DNA of 43,387 nucleotides from Octopus bimaculoides (taxonomy: Eukaryota), in contig NC_068996.1 in NCBI RefSeq assembly GCF_001194135.2, positions 46,848,651-46,892,037 on the forward strand. Reading direction: 5' to 3'. Both the position numbers and the translations under genes were made by a program. The notes under the pieces were generated by a model. The model was not told the origin of the DNA. It ran no database searches and saw only the letters and a list, made by a program, of their open reading frames with translations. Within the stretch, counting starts at the first letter, position 1, and each line of letters begins with the position of its first letter. Positions 1 through 12,092 of the stretch are shown piece by piece.

Positions 1-940
1 TGTACGAACAGCCATGCTACATGGCAGTGAAACATGGGCTGTGATTGCTGAGGACATGCATAAGCTCGCAAGGAATGAAGCCAGTATGCTCCGCTGGATG
101 TGTAATGTCAGTGTGCATACTAGACAGAGTATTAGTACCTTGAGAGAAAAGTTGAACTTACGAAGCATCTGTTGTGGTGTGCAAGAGAGATGACTGCGCT
201 GGTATGGACATGTGGTGAGAATGGACGAGGATAGCTGCGTGAAAAAGTGCCACACCCTAACAGTTGAGGGAACCTGTGGAAGAGGTAGGCCCAGGAAGAC
301 CTTCGAACATTGGGCCTCACCGAGGTCAATGACTTCTGACCGAGACCTTTGGAAATGTACTGTGCGTGAGAAGACCCGGCAAGCCAAGTGAGATCTACAT
401 CCAAGGCCTCTGCCACCCCACTTATGCATACCTTTCCTACTTGCAAAGACTTGTTGAGGCATGTGAAATCGAACTAAATTCGACGACTGGCACCCGTGCC
501 AACATCGTCTCCTTCATTGGACACGAAACTCAGCTTGGAAGACTTATTGAAGCAAGCGAAATTGGGATAGCACCTCTGCCCAGTGTCGCTTTTCTGGCAC
601 TTGTGCCCGTGACATGTGTACGGATTTTCGAGCAAGATCGTTGCCAGTGCCCCTACTGGCTCTTGTGCGGGTGGCACATAAAATACACCATTTTGAGCGT
701 GGCCATTGCCAGTACCACCTGACTGGCCTTCGTGCGGGTGACATGTAAAAGCACCCACTACACTCTCTGAGTGGTTGGCGTTAGGAAGGGCATCCAGCTG
801 TAGAAACTCTGCCAAATCAGATTGGAGCCTGGTGTTGCCATCCGGTTTCACCAGTCCTCAGTTAAATCGTCCAACCCATGCTAGCATGGAAAGCGGACGT
901 TAAACGATGATGATGGTGATGATGATGATGATGATGATAT
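1..940 (+). mobile_element. RTE-clade LINE 3' end: ORF C-terminus (pseudogenised) + repeat-containing 3' tail + (GAT)n
   Basis: Frame from base 2 reads VRTAMLHGSETWAV...MLRWMC...ER*LRWYGHVVRMDEDSCVKKC...GRGRPRKT (RTE C-terminal motifs, one in-frame stop). It runs on into the ~60-bp-repeat tail ending ccaacccatgctagcatggaaagcggacgttaaac(gat)n. Confidence 0.85.
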
Positions 941-947
941 ATATATA

Positions 948-1017
948 TTATTAATAAATCTCAGGGTAGCAAATAGAATTTCTAAGATTTTTTTGCTACC
1001 CTGAGATTTATTAATAA
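948..1017. repeat. Perfect 26-bp inverted repeat (hairpin)
   Basis: ttattaataaatctcagggtagcaaa (948-973) and its exact reverse complement (992-1017). Confidence 0.9.
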
Positions 1018-1299
1018 TGATAAAATGTTTTTTTGGCTAATTTCTGGAAGAAAATCGGCATTTTTTGTATTTGCTGCCAATAAGAAAAACCGCACATGCA
1101 TGGTAGATATGAAAAATTATAACATATAAGCACGAGGCATGTTTCTATGTAGTGCCTCATATTTATATGTTAATTTTGGCTTTTCCGCTGATGAGAGCTG
1201 GGCTTGCAAAATATTATTTTATTTTGCTAAAAATAACTTGAAACCATGGTTCGGAAAATAGATGGTAAATGTTTTTATTTTCCATTCTCTTTCGAAATT

Positions 1300-1470
1300 A
1301 TCCCTAATTGATATTGACCCCAGTAATCAACTAGTATTTATTTTATTCATCTCAGAAGGATGAAAACAAATTGTCTTTATGTTCTGAATTTCAACTCAGA
1401 ACATAAGGACAGATGGAATGCCACTAAGTATTTTGACTGGTGTGCTAACAATTCTGCCTGCTCACTACCT
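1300..1470 (-). mobile_element. SINE family A, decayed
   Basis: Reverse-complement similarity to 8974-9203. Confidence 0.6.
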
Positions 1471-1887
1471 TTATAATAATATGTTTCAAATTTTGAAATA
1501 AGGCTAGTAATTTTAGGAGGAGTGAGGGAGTCAGTTACATCAATCTCCAGTACTTGACTGGTACATTTCTGATCCGGAAATATAATATATATATATATAA
1601 AACTGAGAATGTGTGTGTGTCTATCTGTTTGTCTGTATGTGTGCATCACTAAACTCAACAACTAACCAACTGATTTCATTCAAATTTTACACATGCCTTA
1701 TTTAGGGTCCATGCGATGTCATGACCTAAAAAAATTTTCAACTTCTTGCCTAATGCGAGCCCAGTGCAATCTCTTATCTCTTACACTATTTCAGTATTAC
1801 GCGTCAAAAGTGAAACAATAACATCTCTATTGTAATGTGAGATAATACTTTCAGTATTAATAGTTTCACTATGTATATGTATCATGT

Positions 1888-1922
<35 letters not shown>

Positions 1923-2121
1923 CAAATTAAAAGGGTAAAGGTTTATCAATTTATTAATTTATTACGATTAACTTCGGAATGGTTAGTTTTCATTGTTTTT
2001 TCTTCTTGTTTTTGCCTTTGTGAGTTACAAGTAATGCTATCTGTTGGAGTCTCAGATTTTTTAGCTGCTATTTCTGAACTTCGGTATGTGGTGAAGCAAC
2101 TGTTTGCTGATCCCTTAATTA

Positions 2122-2365
<244 letters not shown>

Positions 2366-2679
2366 TGTATAAAGAAAATAAGACAAGGAAGAACATGCTA
2401 AAATAATTTTATCACGAAGAACATTTTAGTACCGGTTTCAGTTACTGTGACTTTTTCAATTTAGAGTAAATCATGAAAAACAATTAAATTGTAGAAAAAT
2501 TAAGTGAAATATTTTTTAAAAGTATTTCGATAGTTTTCAAATGCAAGGGACATTTTCTTTTCTTCTGCCTGTCTCTGTCTCTCTTGTAGGGTTCTAGGTA
2601 GTTAGCAGCAGCTAGTTTGATATGAATTCTTGTCTTTGATTGTTTAAGCAGCAGTAGTAGTAGTAGAGAAAGGAGGTGG

Positions 2680-3100
2680 CGTAGAAGAATCATTAGCATG
2701 CCAGGCAAAATGCTTAGTGGCATTTCATCCATCCTTATGTTCTGAGTTCAAATTCTGCCAAGGTCGACTTTGCGTTTTATCCTTTCAGGGTCAATAAATT
2801 AAGCACCAGTGAAACACTGGAGTCAATATAATTGACTAGTCCCCTCCCCCAAATTTTAAGCCTTGTGCCTATGGTGGAAAGGATCATTATTATTATTATT
2901 ATTTACTGTGTGTTGGCAGAATCACTTGTCTTGGACAAAATGTTTTGTGGAATTTCTTGTAGTTCGTCACATTCTGAGTTCAAATTCTGCCAGCTTTCCT
3001 CTAAGATTGATAAAATAAAGTCAATCTAAGTACTGATATTAATGTAGTTGACTTGCTCCCTCTCCTCAAAATTGCTGGCCTTGTGCCAATATTAGAAAGA
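2680..3100 (+). mobile_element. Two adjacent SINE family A copies, decayed
   Basis: gttctgagttcaaattctgccaaggtcgactttgc...atcctttcagggtcaataaattaag motif at ~2740, plus a second decayed copy at ~2910-3100. Confidence 0.7.
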
Positions 3101-3109
3101 ATTTTTTAT

Positions 3110-3632
3110 GCCCCCTGATTGGCTCCTCATGCTGGTAGCACGTAAAAAGCACCATCCAAACGTGGTCGATACCAGTGCTGCCTGACTGGCACATAAAAAG
3201 CACCATCCAAATGTGGTCGATGCCAGTGCTGCCTGATTGGCACCCATGCTGGTGGCACATAAAAAGCACCATCTGAATGTGATCAATGCCAGTGCTGCCT
3301 GACTGGCTCCCTGTGCCAGTGGTATTTAAAAAGCACCCTTCAAATGTGGTTGATGCCAGTGCTGCCTGACTGGCTTCCCATGCTGGTTGTATGCTAAAAG
3401 CACCATCCGAATGTGTTTGATGCCAGTGCCCCTTGACTGGCTGCCATGCTGGTGGCATGTAAAAAGCACCCACTACACTCTCGGAGTAGTTGGCGTTAGG
3501 AAGGGCATCCAGCTGTAGAAACCTTGCCAGATCAGATTGGAGCCCGGTGCAACCTTCTGGTTCACCAGTCCTCAGTCAAATCGTCCAACCCATGCCAGCA
3601 TGGAAGGCGGACATTAAACGATGATGATGATG
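3110..3632 (+). mobile_element. 5'-truncated RTE tail copy with ~6 internal 50-64-bp repeats
   Basis: Repeated aaaagcaccatc...tgccagtgctgcctgactgg units, followed by the conserved tail and (GAT)n. Confidence 0.85.
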
Positions 3633-4189
3633 AATAAATTATACAGCAGTCAACTTTACTTTTCATCTTTCTAGAGTTGAAGCATTTATCTATAACACAC
3701 AGTTGCTCAATCTGGAAATAGTAGCCAGATCATTGGGTGATATGATCCTAGTTTTCATAGACATGGAAAAAAAAAATGTAATGGTCATATCTGGTAGATC
3801 TTTGATCATAAATCTCTCAATCAGGACTGACTTGAAACTAGCCACTGCTGGGATTAATCCCCACTGCTCCCACCACTGAATGTTCTTGGGAGAAGCACGA
3901 ACATTGCAAACTGTAAACGGGTATGTTTCCTATCTATAGCAGTTATGTTTCATTGTTGTATTTTTCTGATTTGCTAAATTTAACAATTCCATTTTACCCT
4001 TCATCCTCATCATACCAATTTTTTTTTCCTGCCAGAATCAATGCTATCGTTACCATATTTCTATTGAAATACTTTGCCTTTATTTCAATCAATTTTGAAG
4101 ACACTTAAGAATTTTGTCAATATTAAGCTGGTGTTTGGAACATAAATTAACATGAAGTTTCAATGGAAGGGTTTTAATTTAGATCACAT

Positions 4190-4416
4190 TAACCCTTTTG
4201 TTACCATATTATTCTGTCAAATGTAAAGCTTATTTATTCCCATTGTTTTGAATTAATCATACATTATCTTCTGGCTTTGAAATTTTGTTGAGATAACCGT
4301 TAATTTTTAGAATGATATTGTAGGGTTGGTGTGAGAGGCCAGATCAGGCCAGTTTGAGCATAAAACAGGTGGAATAATTTGGCTGGATATGGCCAGTTTA
4401 AAAGCTAAAGGGTTAA
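4190..4416. mobile_element. piggyBac-type MITE (TTAA-CCCT...AGGG-TTAA), with a related MITE fragment at ~4040-4190
   Basis: 5' ttaaccctt and 3' ggatatggccagtttaaaagctaaagggttaa. The body matches 7265-8020 and 13230-13926. Confidence 0.7.
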
Positions 4417-5071
4417 AGTATAAAGTTTGCATGGTAGAACCATCTAGATATTATCCAATTGTCTTGTTCTTGATCTAAGTCTCCTACCAGCTGGCTAGGC
4501 TTTAAGAATCTATTTTGCAATTCTTTCCTGTGATTCTAATCATTTGACTGTAGTACCAGAGCTGTGATCTCTCAATGCAGAGAAATAATGGTTTGACCTA
4601 GAGAGATACCCTGATCTCCAAGCTATGCACCCTATTGCGAAACATTACTCCAAAGACCCTTCAGAAGAACCCACTTCAGCTGCTTTATTCATAATCATAC
4701 TCTTTCAGTTATTTCCCAACATTTATGACCATTAAATGAGGATAGGCACAAAAGAACTGAATTGAAGATGGTGAGTTTAGCTTTTTTAGCAATTTCTCTT
4801 CTGTGAATTGAATGCTGGAGTCGATGCGTTACTATGTCAGCACCTGCAATTCAAAGGAATTATTAGAAATTGTAATTCTAAATCTGCAATGTCTGAAAGA
4901 ATAGACAGGATGGTTGTATCTGAAATAGCTTTAGATTAAAGGTTTGTTTGTGCAGGACTGATCTATGGTTAAATCACAATAAAATGTTATACCACACATT
5001 AAATATATTACGAAACTTTTTTTTTATAAATTCTTTCTTTTAAATATAACTAAATAATGTATTTACATTTA

Positions 5072-5292
5072 TTAATCTTTTTTCACAGAGTCATTGGTAA
5101 CAGTATTTTGTTTTGTATTAAATTCTTTGAAAGGAAACGTATTTGAGAAAGCATCTTTTTTGCTATCGAAATATTTTACAAGTTCTTCAAAATCTTCTTT
5201 TGCTAAGTTAATCATAGACTTTCTCATGCCATCTGTTCTGGGTCTGCAGAGGCCAATATCAAAAAGACGACTTGATCCAATCAGGAAAAAAG
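5072..5292 (-). CDS. DMAC1: DMAC1/DUF4536-like, terminal coding exon (T-FFLIGSSRLFDIGLCRP...VKKD*)
   Basis: Pyrimidine tract plus ggcAG acceptor at 5293. Phase 1 matches the upstream donor, and the frame is open for 72 codons to TAA (5074-5072). IGSSRLFD completes the second hydrophobic segment and the G..RL.D motif of DUF4536. Intron is 5293-12752. Confidence 0.8.
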
Positions 5293-5621
5293 CTGCCAGA
5301 AAGAAAAAGAAATAAGTTCACAAATAAAATTCAAATAAAATGAACAATCAATCAATTTATCAGTCTTATGACAAAATTTATCCCAAGTGCTACCTTCTAG
5401 AAATCTTGTCTTGAATTACATGGGTTCATGTCTTATCTCTGGTTTCTATAGCATTGATAAGTTCTCTGTATGGATAAGAGAGAAATCTTTTTACTGTATA
5501 CATACTATAAGAGGAATTGAACTCTAAACAAACCAACAAAACCTGAATGCTACTGCTGCTTAGAGTGGTCAATTATAATTTCTGTTTACACACATAATGG
5601 CTATAGGCACAGGCATGGCTG

Positions 5622-5945
5622 TGTGGTAAGAAGTTTGCTTCCTGACCATATGGTTCCTAGTTCAGTGTCTTCTACCAATGCCTCAGGCTGACCAAAGTCT
5701 CGTGAGTGGATTTGCTAGATAGAAACTGAAGTCTGTCAAACATATATGTATATATTTATGTATGTGTGTGTGTGTGTGTCTTTGTGATAGTGTTTGTCTT
5801 CCCATCACTACTTGACAACTGGTGCTGGTGCATTTACATCCCTGTAACTTAGTGGTTCAATGAAAGAGACTAATAGAATAAGTACTAGGCTTAAAAAAGG
5901 CGGTGCTCCAGAATGGCTGTAGTCAAATGACTGAAACAAGTAAGA
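5622..5945 (+). mobile_element. SINE family B (tRNA-like head, internal (TA)/(TG) microsatellite, tail), decayed
   Basis: ggcatggctgtgtggtaagaagtttgc head and gaataagtactaggct...aaatgactgaaacaagtaa tail. Confidence 0.75.
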
Positions 5946-6639
5946 GTGATAAAGCTAGATCAAGCCAATGGGAAAACCTCTTTGTGGTTACTTGACTTTC
6001 TAAAACTGAAGCCAAATCTATCTGAAATTGCATTCCAATTTATCAGCTTACAGAAAAAGACATTATGCTGTCTAGGGTACAGTCCAAAAACAGTGTGGTG
6101 GTCATGGTTGGCACACTTCAATAAATGCTCAATAAGAACTCTGGTTTGGAGTTAAGTAACACTATCACTCCTAATTCTTCACCTCGTCCTCAGGTTCCAT
6201 ATAAATAAATAAATGTCTGTTCATTTGTCTGTTTGAATGTATGTAGGAGGGCTGAGGAGTGAAATGTTTGTCGATTGGAAACTTGGTCACCAGTTCAAAC
6301 CTAATCTGAGATTATGTACACACCCATTCGATGGTAGACTCAAGTTTAAAACAACGACCTGGGCTGTGCAAGTGTTCACATTATGGTCTCTGGTTTGATG
6401 ACAATTTTCTTCCATCCTCACATGACATCTGATGACATGTCGACTAAAGATCAAACCATGTGGATATCACTGTCATAATTTAATATCCATTTTCTATGCT
6501 GGCATGGGTTGGACGATTTGATAGTAGCTGGCAAAGCTAGGAGCAACACAAGATTTCATTGTCTTTTTAATGTCAACCACTTTACAAAGTGTAATGGTTG
6601 CTTTTGATGTGGATCCAGCATTATATAGATATTGTCTGA

Positions 6640-7134
6640 GTGTGATCATTGCCAGAGCAGCTGTCTGGCTTCCGTGCTAGTGGCACATAAAAAGCACCAT
6701 TTGAGTATGATTGTTACCAGAGTCGCCTTACTGGCACTTGTGCTGGTGGCACGTTAGAAAATCATTTGAGCGAGGTCGTTGCCAGTGCCGCTGGACTGGC
6801 TCCTGTGCAGGTGGCACGTAAGAAAAACACNNNNNNNNNNGCGAGGTCGTTGCCAGTGCCGCTGGACTGGCTCCTGTGCAGGTGGCACGTAAGAAAAACA
6901 CCATTTTGAGCGTGGCTGTTGCCAGTACCGCCTGACTGACCCTCGTGCCCATGGCACGTAAAAGCACCCACTACACTCTCTGAGTGGTTGGTGTTAGGAA
7001 GGGCATCCAGCTGTAGAAACTCTGCCAAATCAGATTGGAGCCTGGTGTAGCCATCCAGTTCACCAATCCTCAGTCAAATCGTCCAACCCATGCTAGCATG
7101 GAAAGCGGACATTAAACGATGATGATGATGATGA
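6640..7134 (+). mobile_element. 5'-truncated RTE tail copy (contains a 10-N gap); a decayed inverted tail copy lies at ~6470-6620
   Basis: Same tail and (GAT)n as 720-940. Confidence 0.85.
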
Positions 7135-7264
7135 TATAAACATGCATTTATAGATAACTATAAATATTCACTACCACACAAAAAAGAAAATAGAAACAAA
7201 AACCAAATCCTCAAACAAAATGCCCAACTGTTTTAGAAACCATAAAATAAAATGTCAGTTTGTC

Positions 7265-8020
7265 AAACCCTTTAGCATTCAGTTTACTCTGTCAAATGTA
7301 ATTCTTATTTATTCACATTAACGTCTTTTTGCCACTATAATATGGCTGCTCTATAAACAACTGTGTCTTTTCCAGCTGGTTAACGACACACAACCTGTGT
7401 CCGATATATCGTGAGTAAGGGAGCGAATCACTATACTCCAGCTTGGCATGACCAGTAGACCATGGTTTCTGGGTCTTTACCCTTCATCAATACTGGACAC
7501 CTGCCTGCTAGAGATGGCAGTCACTCGCCACCACTCACAATATATAAACAGAGAAGTGGCAGACAGCTGCTGATCTCGTAACGAGCAAAATAGCTGATTC
7601 TAAAATCTCTAAACGAGATATAAGTAGTTACTGCTTATATCTTGTTTAGAGGTTTTAGAATTAACTATTTTGATCCTTTATTCACATTGTTTTGAATTAA
7701 TCATGTATTACCTTGTAGCTTTGAAATTTCAATGATGTGATTATTTTAAAAAGGACATTGTAGGGTAGGTGTGACAGGCCAGATATGGCTGGTTTTATCC
7801 TTTTAGCATTCAGATTATTCTGTCAACTGTAATGCTTATTTATTCGCATTGTTTTGAATTAATCAGGCAGTTTCATGTGGCTTTGAGATTTCAATGATGT
7901 GACTGTTTCTTTTTAGAACGACATTGTAGGGTAGGTGTGAGAGGCTGGATCTGGTCAGTTTGAACATAAGACAGGTAGAAAATTTTGGGCTGGACGTGGC
8001 CAGTTTAAATGCTTAAGGGT
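7265..8020. mobile_element. piggyBac-type MITE head-to-tail dimer, interrupted by a 357-bp insert at 7320-7676
   Basis: aaccctttagcattcag start, internal junction at ~7790, end gccagtttaaatgcttaagggttaa. The 12-bp duplication tttattcacatt occurs at 7308-7319 and 7677-7688. Confidence 0.8.
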
Positions 8021-8973
8021 TAATATGTCACTAATGTAAGAGTCGTCTCTTTCCTTATTTACTTTTCTGCTGGAGGAACACAGTAAAAGCAAACAGATTC
8101 TCAACCAGTTTCAACAAAGAGTGTTCCAGTTGATCGATCAACTGGAACTATATATTTGCTGAATGAGTCGGTAGGAGACTCTGTATACACTTGATATCAA
8201 TAGCTTTAATGTAATTCACAAGCGGAATCAGAATAAACTTTCATTAATTAGAGGAACAGCTTATTAAAAAAGGTTCCACGCAATTTCTCTTTAACCAATT
8301 TCACTCACAAAGCTTAATCCATCATCATTCAGATTACTCTGTCAAATGTAATGCTCATTTGATGATGATGATGATGATGACCATTTTGAGTTAATCATAC
8401 ATTGTCATGTAGCTACAAGATTTTGACAAAGTATTTGTCTATTTTTAGAAGGACATTGCAAGATTCTATATGTGAACACAACACACAAATTCACATAAAG
8501 AATCTTGTAAACCAGATACAAAAAACAAGTTTATATTTATACATATAGCTGCTTAGCACTTCTATTCCATATTTTATTATGGCTGATCTAATTAGCACAA
8601 ACAAACGTGGTATGCTTACTAAAATCTAATGAGAAAGATCCATCTTAAGTCTGTCCGTTGCACTTCCCACTTCCAGTGTCTGATGCTGAAGAGGAGATAA
8701 CTACTCTGAAATGCATGCATCAATCATTCTGGGTAGAGGGCACTATGAGATGACTGTGTGTTTACACCCATTTGTCTACAACAAAAAATTTTCTCCACGA
8801 CAAAATACAGTGAATGGTTTTCTTATAGGTTCAAATATCCCTCAATTATATTTGAACTGGTAATAAGTTTATATTCTTAGAAGTAAAGTTGATTGTTCTA
8901 GCCCTAGTACTTGACTACAAATTATTTCATCAACCACTGAAAGATAGTAGAAAAGTAAAGTAGAAAAGTAAAG

Positions 8974-9203
8974 GCAGTGAGTTGGCAGAAACGTTAGCAC
9001 GCCGGGCAAAATGCTTAGCAGTCTTTCATCTGCCGCTTCGTTCTGAGTTCAAATTCCACCGAGGTCGACTTTGCCTTTCGTCCTTTCAGGGTCGATAAAT
9101 TAAGTACCAGTTACAAACTGGGGTCGATGTAATCAACTTAATCCCTTTGTCTGGCCTTGTTTGTCCCCTCCATGTTTAGCCCCTCGTGGGCAATAAAGAA
9201 ATA
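8974..9203 (+). mobile_element. SINE family A (tRNA-derived head; central domain resembles the Meta-SINE-type domain), young copy
   Basis: A/B-box-like head (tggcagaaacgttagc...gagttcaaattcc). 12-bp TSD agaaaagtaaag at 8962-8973 and 9204-9215. Confidence 0.85.
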
Positions 9204-9499
9204 AGAAAAGTAAAGTGCCTTGTGGTATTTAGTTATATTCATTTAAGTCCTGGGTCCAAACTACCAGAGGACAACTTTGTCTTTCTTCTCTTCAGAGTGG
9301 ATAAAGTAAATACCAGCTGATGTAGTTTAGCCCCATGTAAGACGTTTTTTTATTAAATCTTTAACCGAAGGGATTCTAGTCATGATCACACTGACTTTTT
9401 GAAGAACTCTAGAACTGTGGCATTCTTTGTATTTCTCTTTATTTTATTTTTATATCTTTTGTGATGACAAGTGACCAAGATCTTTGGCAATATGTTGAG

Positions 9500-9770
9500 C
9501 TCAAGAAGACTCATCAAGCCAAATGAAATTGTAGTTGCGACTGATGCCGGTGTCACATAACTGGCACCCATGCCAGTGGCACATAATAAGCATCCATTAC
9601 ATTCATGGAGTGACTGGTGTTAGGAAGGGCATCCAGCTGTAGAAATGTTGCCAAATCAGACTGGAACCTGGAGCAGCTCTCCAGCTTACCAGTTTCCAGT
9701 CAAACCGTCCAACCCATGCCAGCATGGAAAGCAGATGCTGAATCATGAGGATGACGATGATGATGATCAT
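9500..9770 (+). mobile_element. RTE 3' end: end of ORF joined directly to the tail
   Basis: aagaagactcatcaagccaaatgaaattg (RTE ORF end) continues into aggaagggcatccagctgtagaaa...(gat)n. Confidence 0.7.
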
Positions 9771-9774
9771 TTAC

Positions 9775-10450
9775 CTGTTTCTGTCATTGGACTGTGGCCA
9801 TGCTGGGGCACCACCTTGAAGGGTTTTAGTTGAACAAATCAATCCCAGTATATCTTTTACTTGTTTCACTCATTGGACTGTGGCCATGCTGGGGTACCAC
9901 CTTGAAGGGTTTTAGTTGAACAAATCAATCCCAGTATATCTTTTATCTTTTACTTGTTTCAGTCACTGGACTGTGGCCATGCTGGGGCACCACCTTGAAG
10001 AGTTTTAGTTGAACAAATCAATCTCAGCATATCTTTTATCTTTTACTTGTTTCAGTCTTTGGACTGTGGCCATGCTGGGGCACCACCTTGAAGGGTTTTA
10101 GTTGAACAAATCAATCCCAATATATCTTTTATCTTTTACTTGTTTCAGTCATTGCACTGTGGCTATGCTGGGGCACCACCTTGAAGGGTTTTAGTTGAAC
10201 AAATCAGTCCCAGTATATCTTTTATCTTTTACTTGTTTCAGTTATTGGTCTGTGGCCATGCTAGAGCAACACCTTGAAGAGTTTTAGTGAAATGTATCGA
10301 CCCCGGTACTTATTTTTTTATAAAGCCTGGTACTTATTTTATTAGTCTTGTTTGCTGAACAGCTAAGTTACAGGGATGTAAACACACCAACACCAATTGT
10401 CAAGTGGTGATGGAGGACACACATGCACACATACATACACACTTATACAT
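9775..10450 (-). mobile_element. SINE family B 3' part with its tail amplified into six tandem ~93-bp units
   Basis: Unit starts (tggactgtggcc-like) at 9788, 9874, 9967, 10060, 10153 and 10246. Confidence 0.9.
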
Positions 10451-10769
10451 ACATATCATGGTATTGACCAGACTATTAGATGTTGTTAAATATCACTGAC
10501 CACAATGCACTTTTCATTGCTTTAGCATTCAAATAATGCCATCTTGCTGGTTAAGCAAGCAGGTCAACATTCTCCCTGATCAGAAGACTATTCTGTTGCA
10601 GGGTTACAGGGCTATACCTGTTTACGGCTGAATGGTCTGGAGCAACGTAAAATGAAGTGTTTTGCTCAAAAATACAATGTACTGTCCAATCTGGGAACCG
10701 AACTCACAATTCAGCAATTGCAACACCCTCACCATTAGGCCAAATGCCTTTATAGACACACACAACATT

Positions 10770-11230
10770 ATCATCCTCATCATCGTTTAACATCTGCTCT
10801 CCATACTGGCATGGGTTGGGTGGTTTGACATGGAGCTAGTAAGGTGGAGAACTGTCCAAACTCCATTTGTCTGTTGTGGCATCGTTTCTATGGCTGGATG
10901 CCTTTCCTAACACCAACCAATTTACAGAGTGTGCTGGGTGCTTCCTACGTGCCACCAGCATGGGCGCGTTTACACAACACCAGTGCAGATGTGTTAACAC
11001 AGCACTAGAATGGGTACTTATGAAGTGGCACCGGTACCTGAAAGGACAAGCCTGCATGAGAAGATATATACACAATGGACTTTTTTCAGTTTCCGTCTAC
11101 CAAATCCACTCACAAGGCTTTGGTCGGCTCGAGGCTGTAGTAGAAGAGACTTGCCTAAGGTGTCACACAGTGGGACTGAACCCAGAACCATGTGATTGGA
11201 AAGCAAACTTCTTACCATACACAGCCACTT
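10770..11230 (-). mobile_element. RTE tail copy (~10770-10990) adjacent to a SINE B 5' half (~11060-11230)
   Basis: catcatcgtttaacatctgctctccatactggcatgggttgg, and ttcagtttccgtctaccaaatccactcacaaggctttggtcgg. Confidence 0.8.
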
Positions 11231-12092
11231 GTTTATTTTATTTCATTTTTTTTTATATTGTTTTTAATTGTTGTGTAATGAGGGAGATTTGGCAGCAATT
11301 GCTAGGGAGTCAATTAAAAAATACCTGTTAGTATTGTTTAGCTCCAGGTGAGCCTTGATGGAGCCAAAAAAAAAAAGCAAATATATGATCAAATGTAATC
11401 CACCCATGACCATTCTGCCTTTTCTCTAAGTACAGGGAAACCAGAACCGCGTCACCTATGTCCTTTTGTTAGACAGCAGGGTGTAATCTGAGGAAGATTT
11501 GACAGCCATTTCTAGCAGGTTGAACAACCACGCAGAAACTTCCCCGTTAGCTTGAAAATATTAATTGTTATTATTTATTCTCAGGTCAACTCTGATCAAG
11601 TAAACCTATAATCAAAGTCGTTCTAGTCATGACCTTCACTTCATTATCCTATATGTAGAGAACCCAGACCACATAATATAACATGTCTTTTTACAAGATT
11701 ATAGTGTGTAATTTGAAAGAAAGTTGGCTGCTGTTTTTGGCAAGATGAGCAACCATATTGAAGTCTTCTAGTTCAGAATGACTGCATGTGTAGTATCAGC
11801 TGGCATTCTATCGTACTTACAGTGACAGGTCAACTAATATCAGGTGAGAGAAATTAGTAGACAGAAATGGTTTTACACTGGAGTTAAAATCAGCTGTTAG
11901 ATAAGAGCACAGTTAAGTAATTCCACATGCTCTTCAGAGGAGGGAAAAAGAATACATGTTTGCATGTGAGAAAGTTTGTATTTTCCCTCATATTTACAAG
12001 GATTTACTGACTGTAAACAACAGTCTCACAGTCAATATAGATGGTGTCCTTTGCAGTCAGCTATGAAATTATGACTCAACTTCTTGATATGT

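Noticed and set aside
5094-5315. Plus-strand 73-aa ORF with an apparent acceptor
   Set aside because: It is the antisense shadow of the real minus-strand exon.
6771-6900. Exact ~60-bp duplication across a 10-N gap
   Set aside because: Typical contig-overlap artefact inside a tandem array.
9788-10300. CRISPR-like regular array
   Set aside because: The units are SINE tail copies without unique spacers, in a eukaryotic context.
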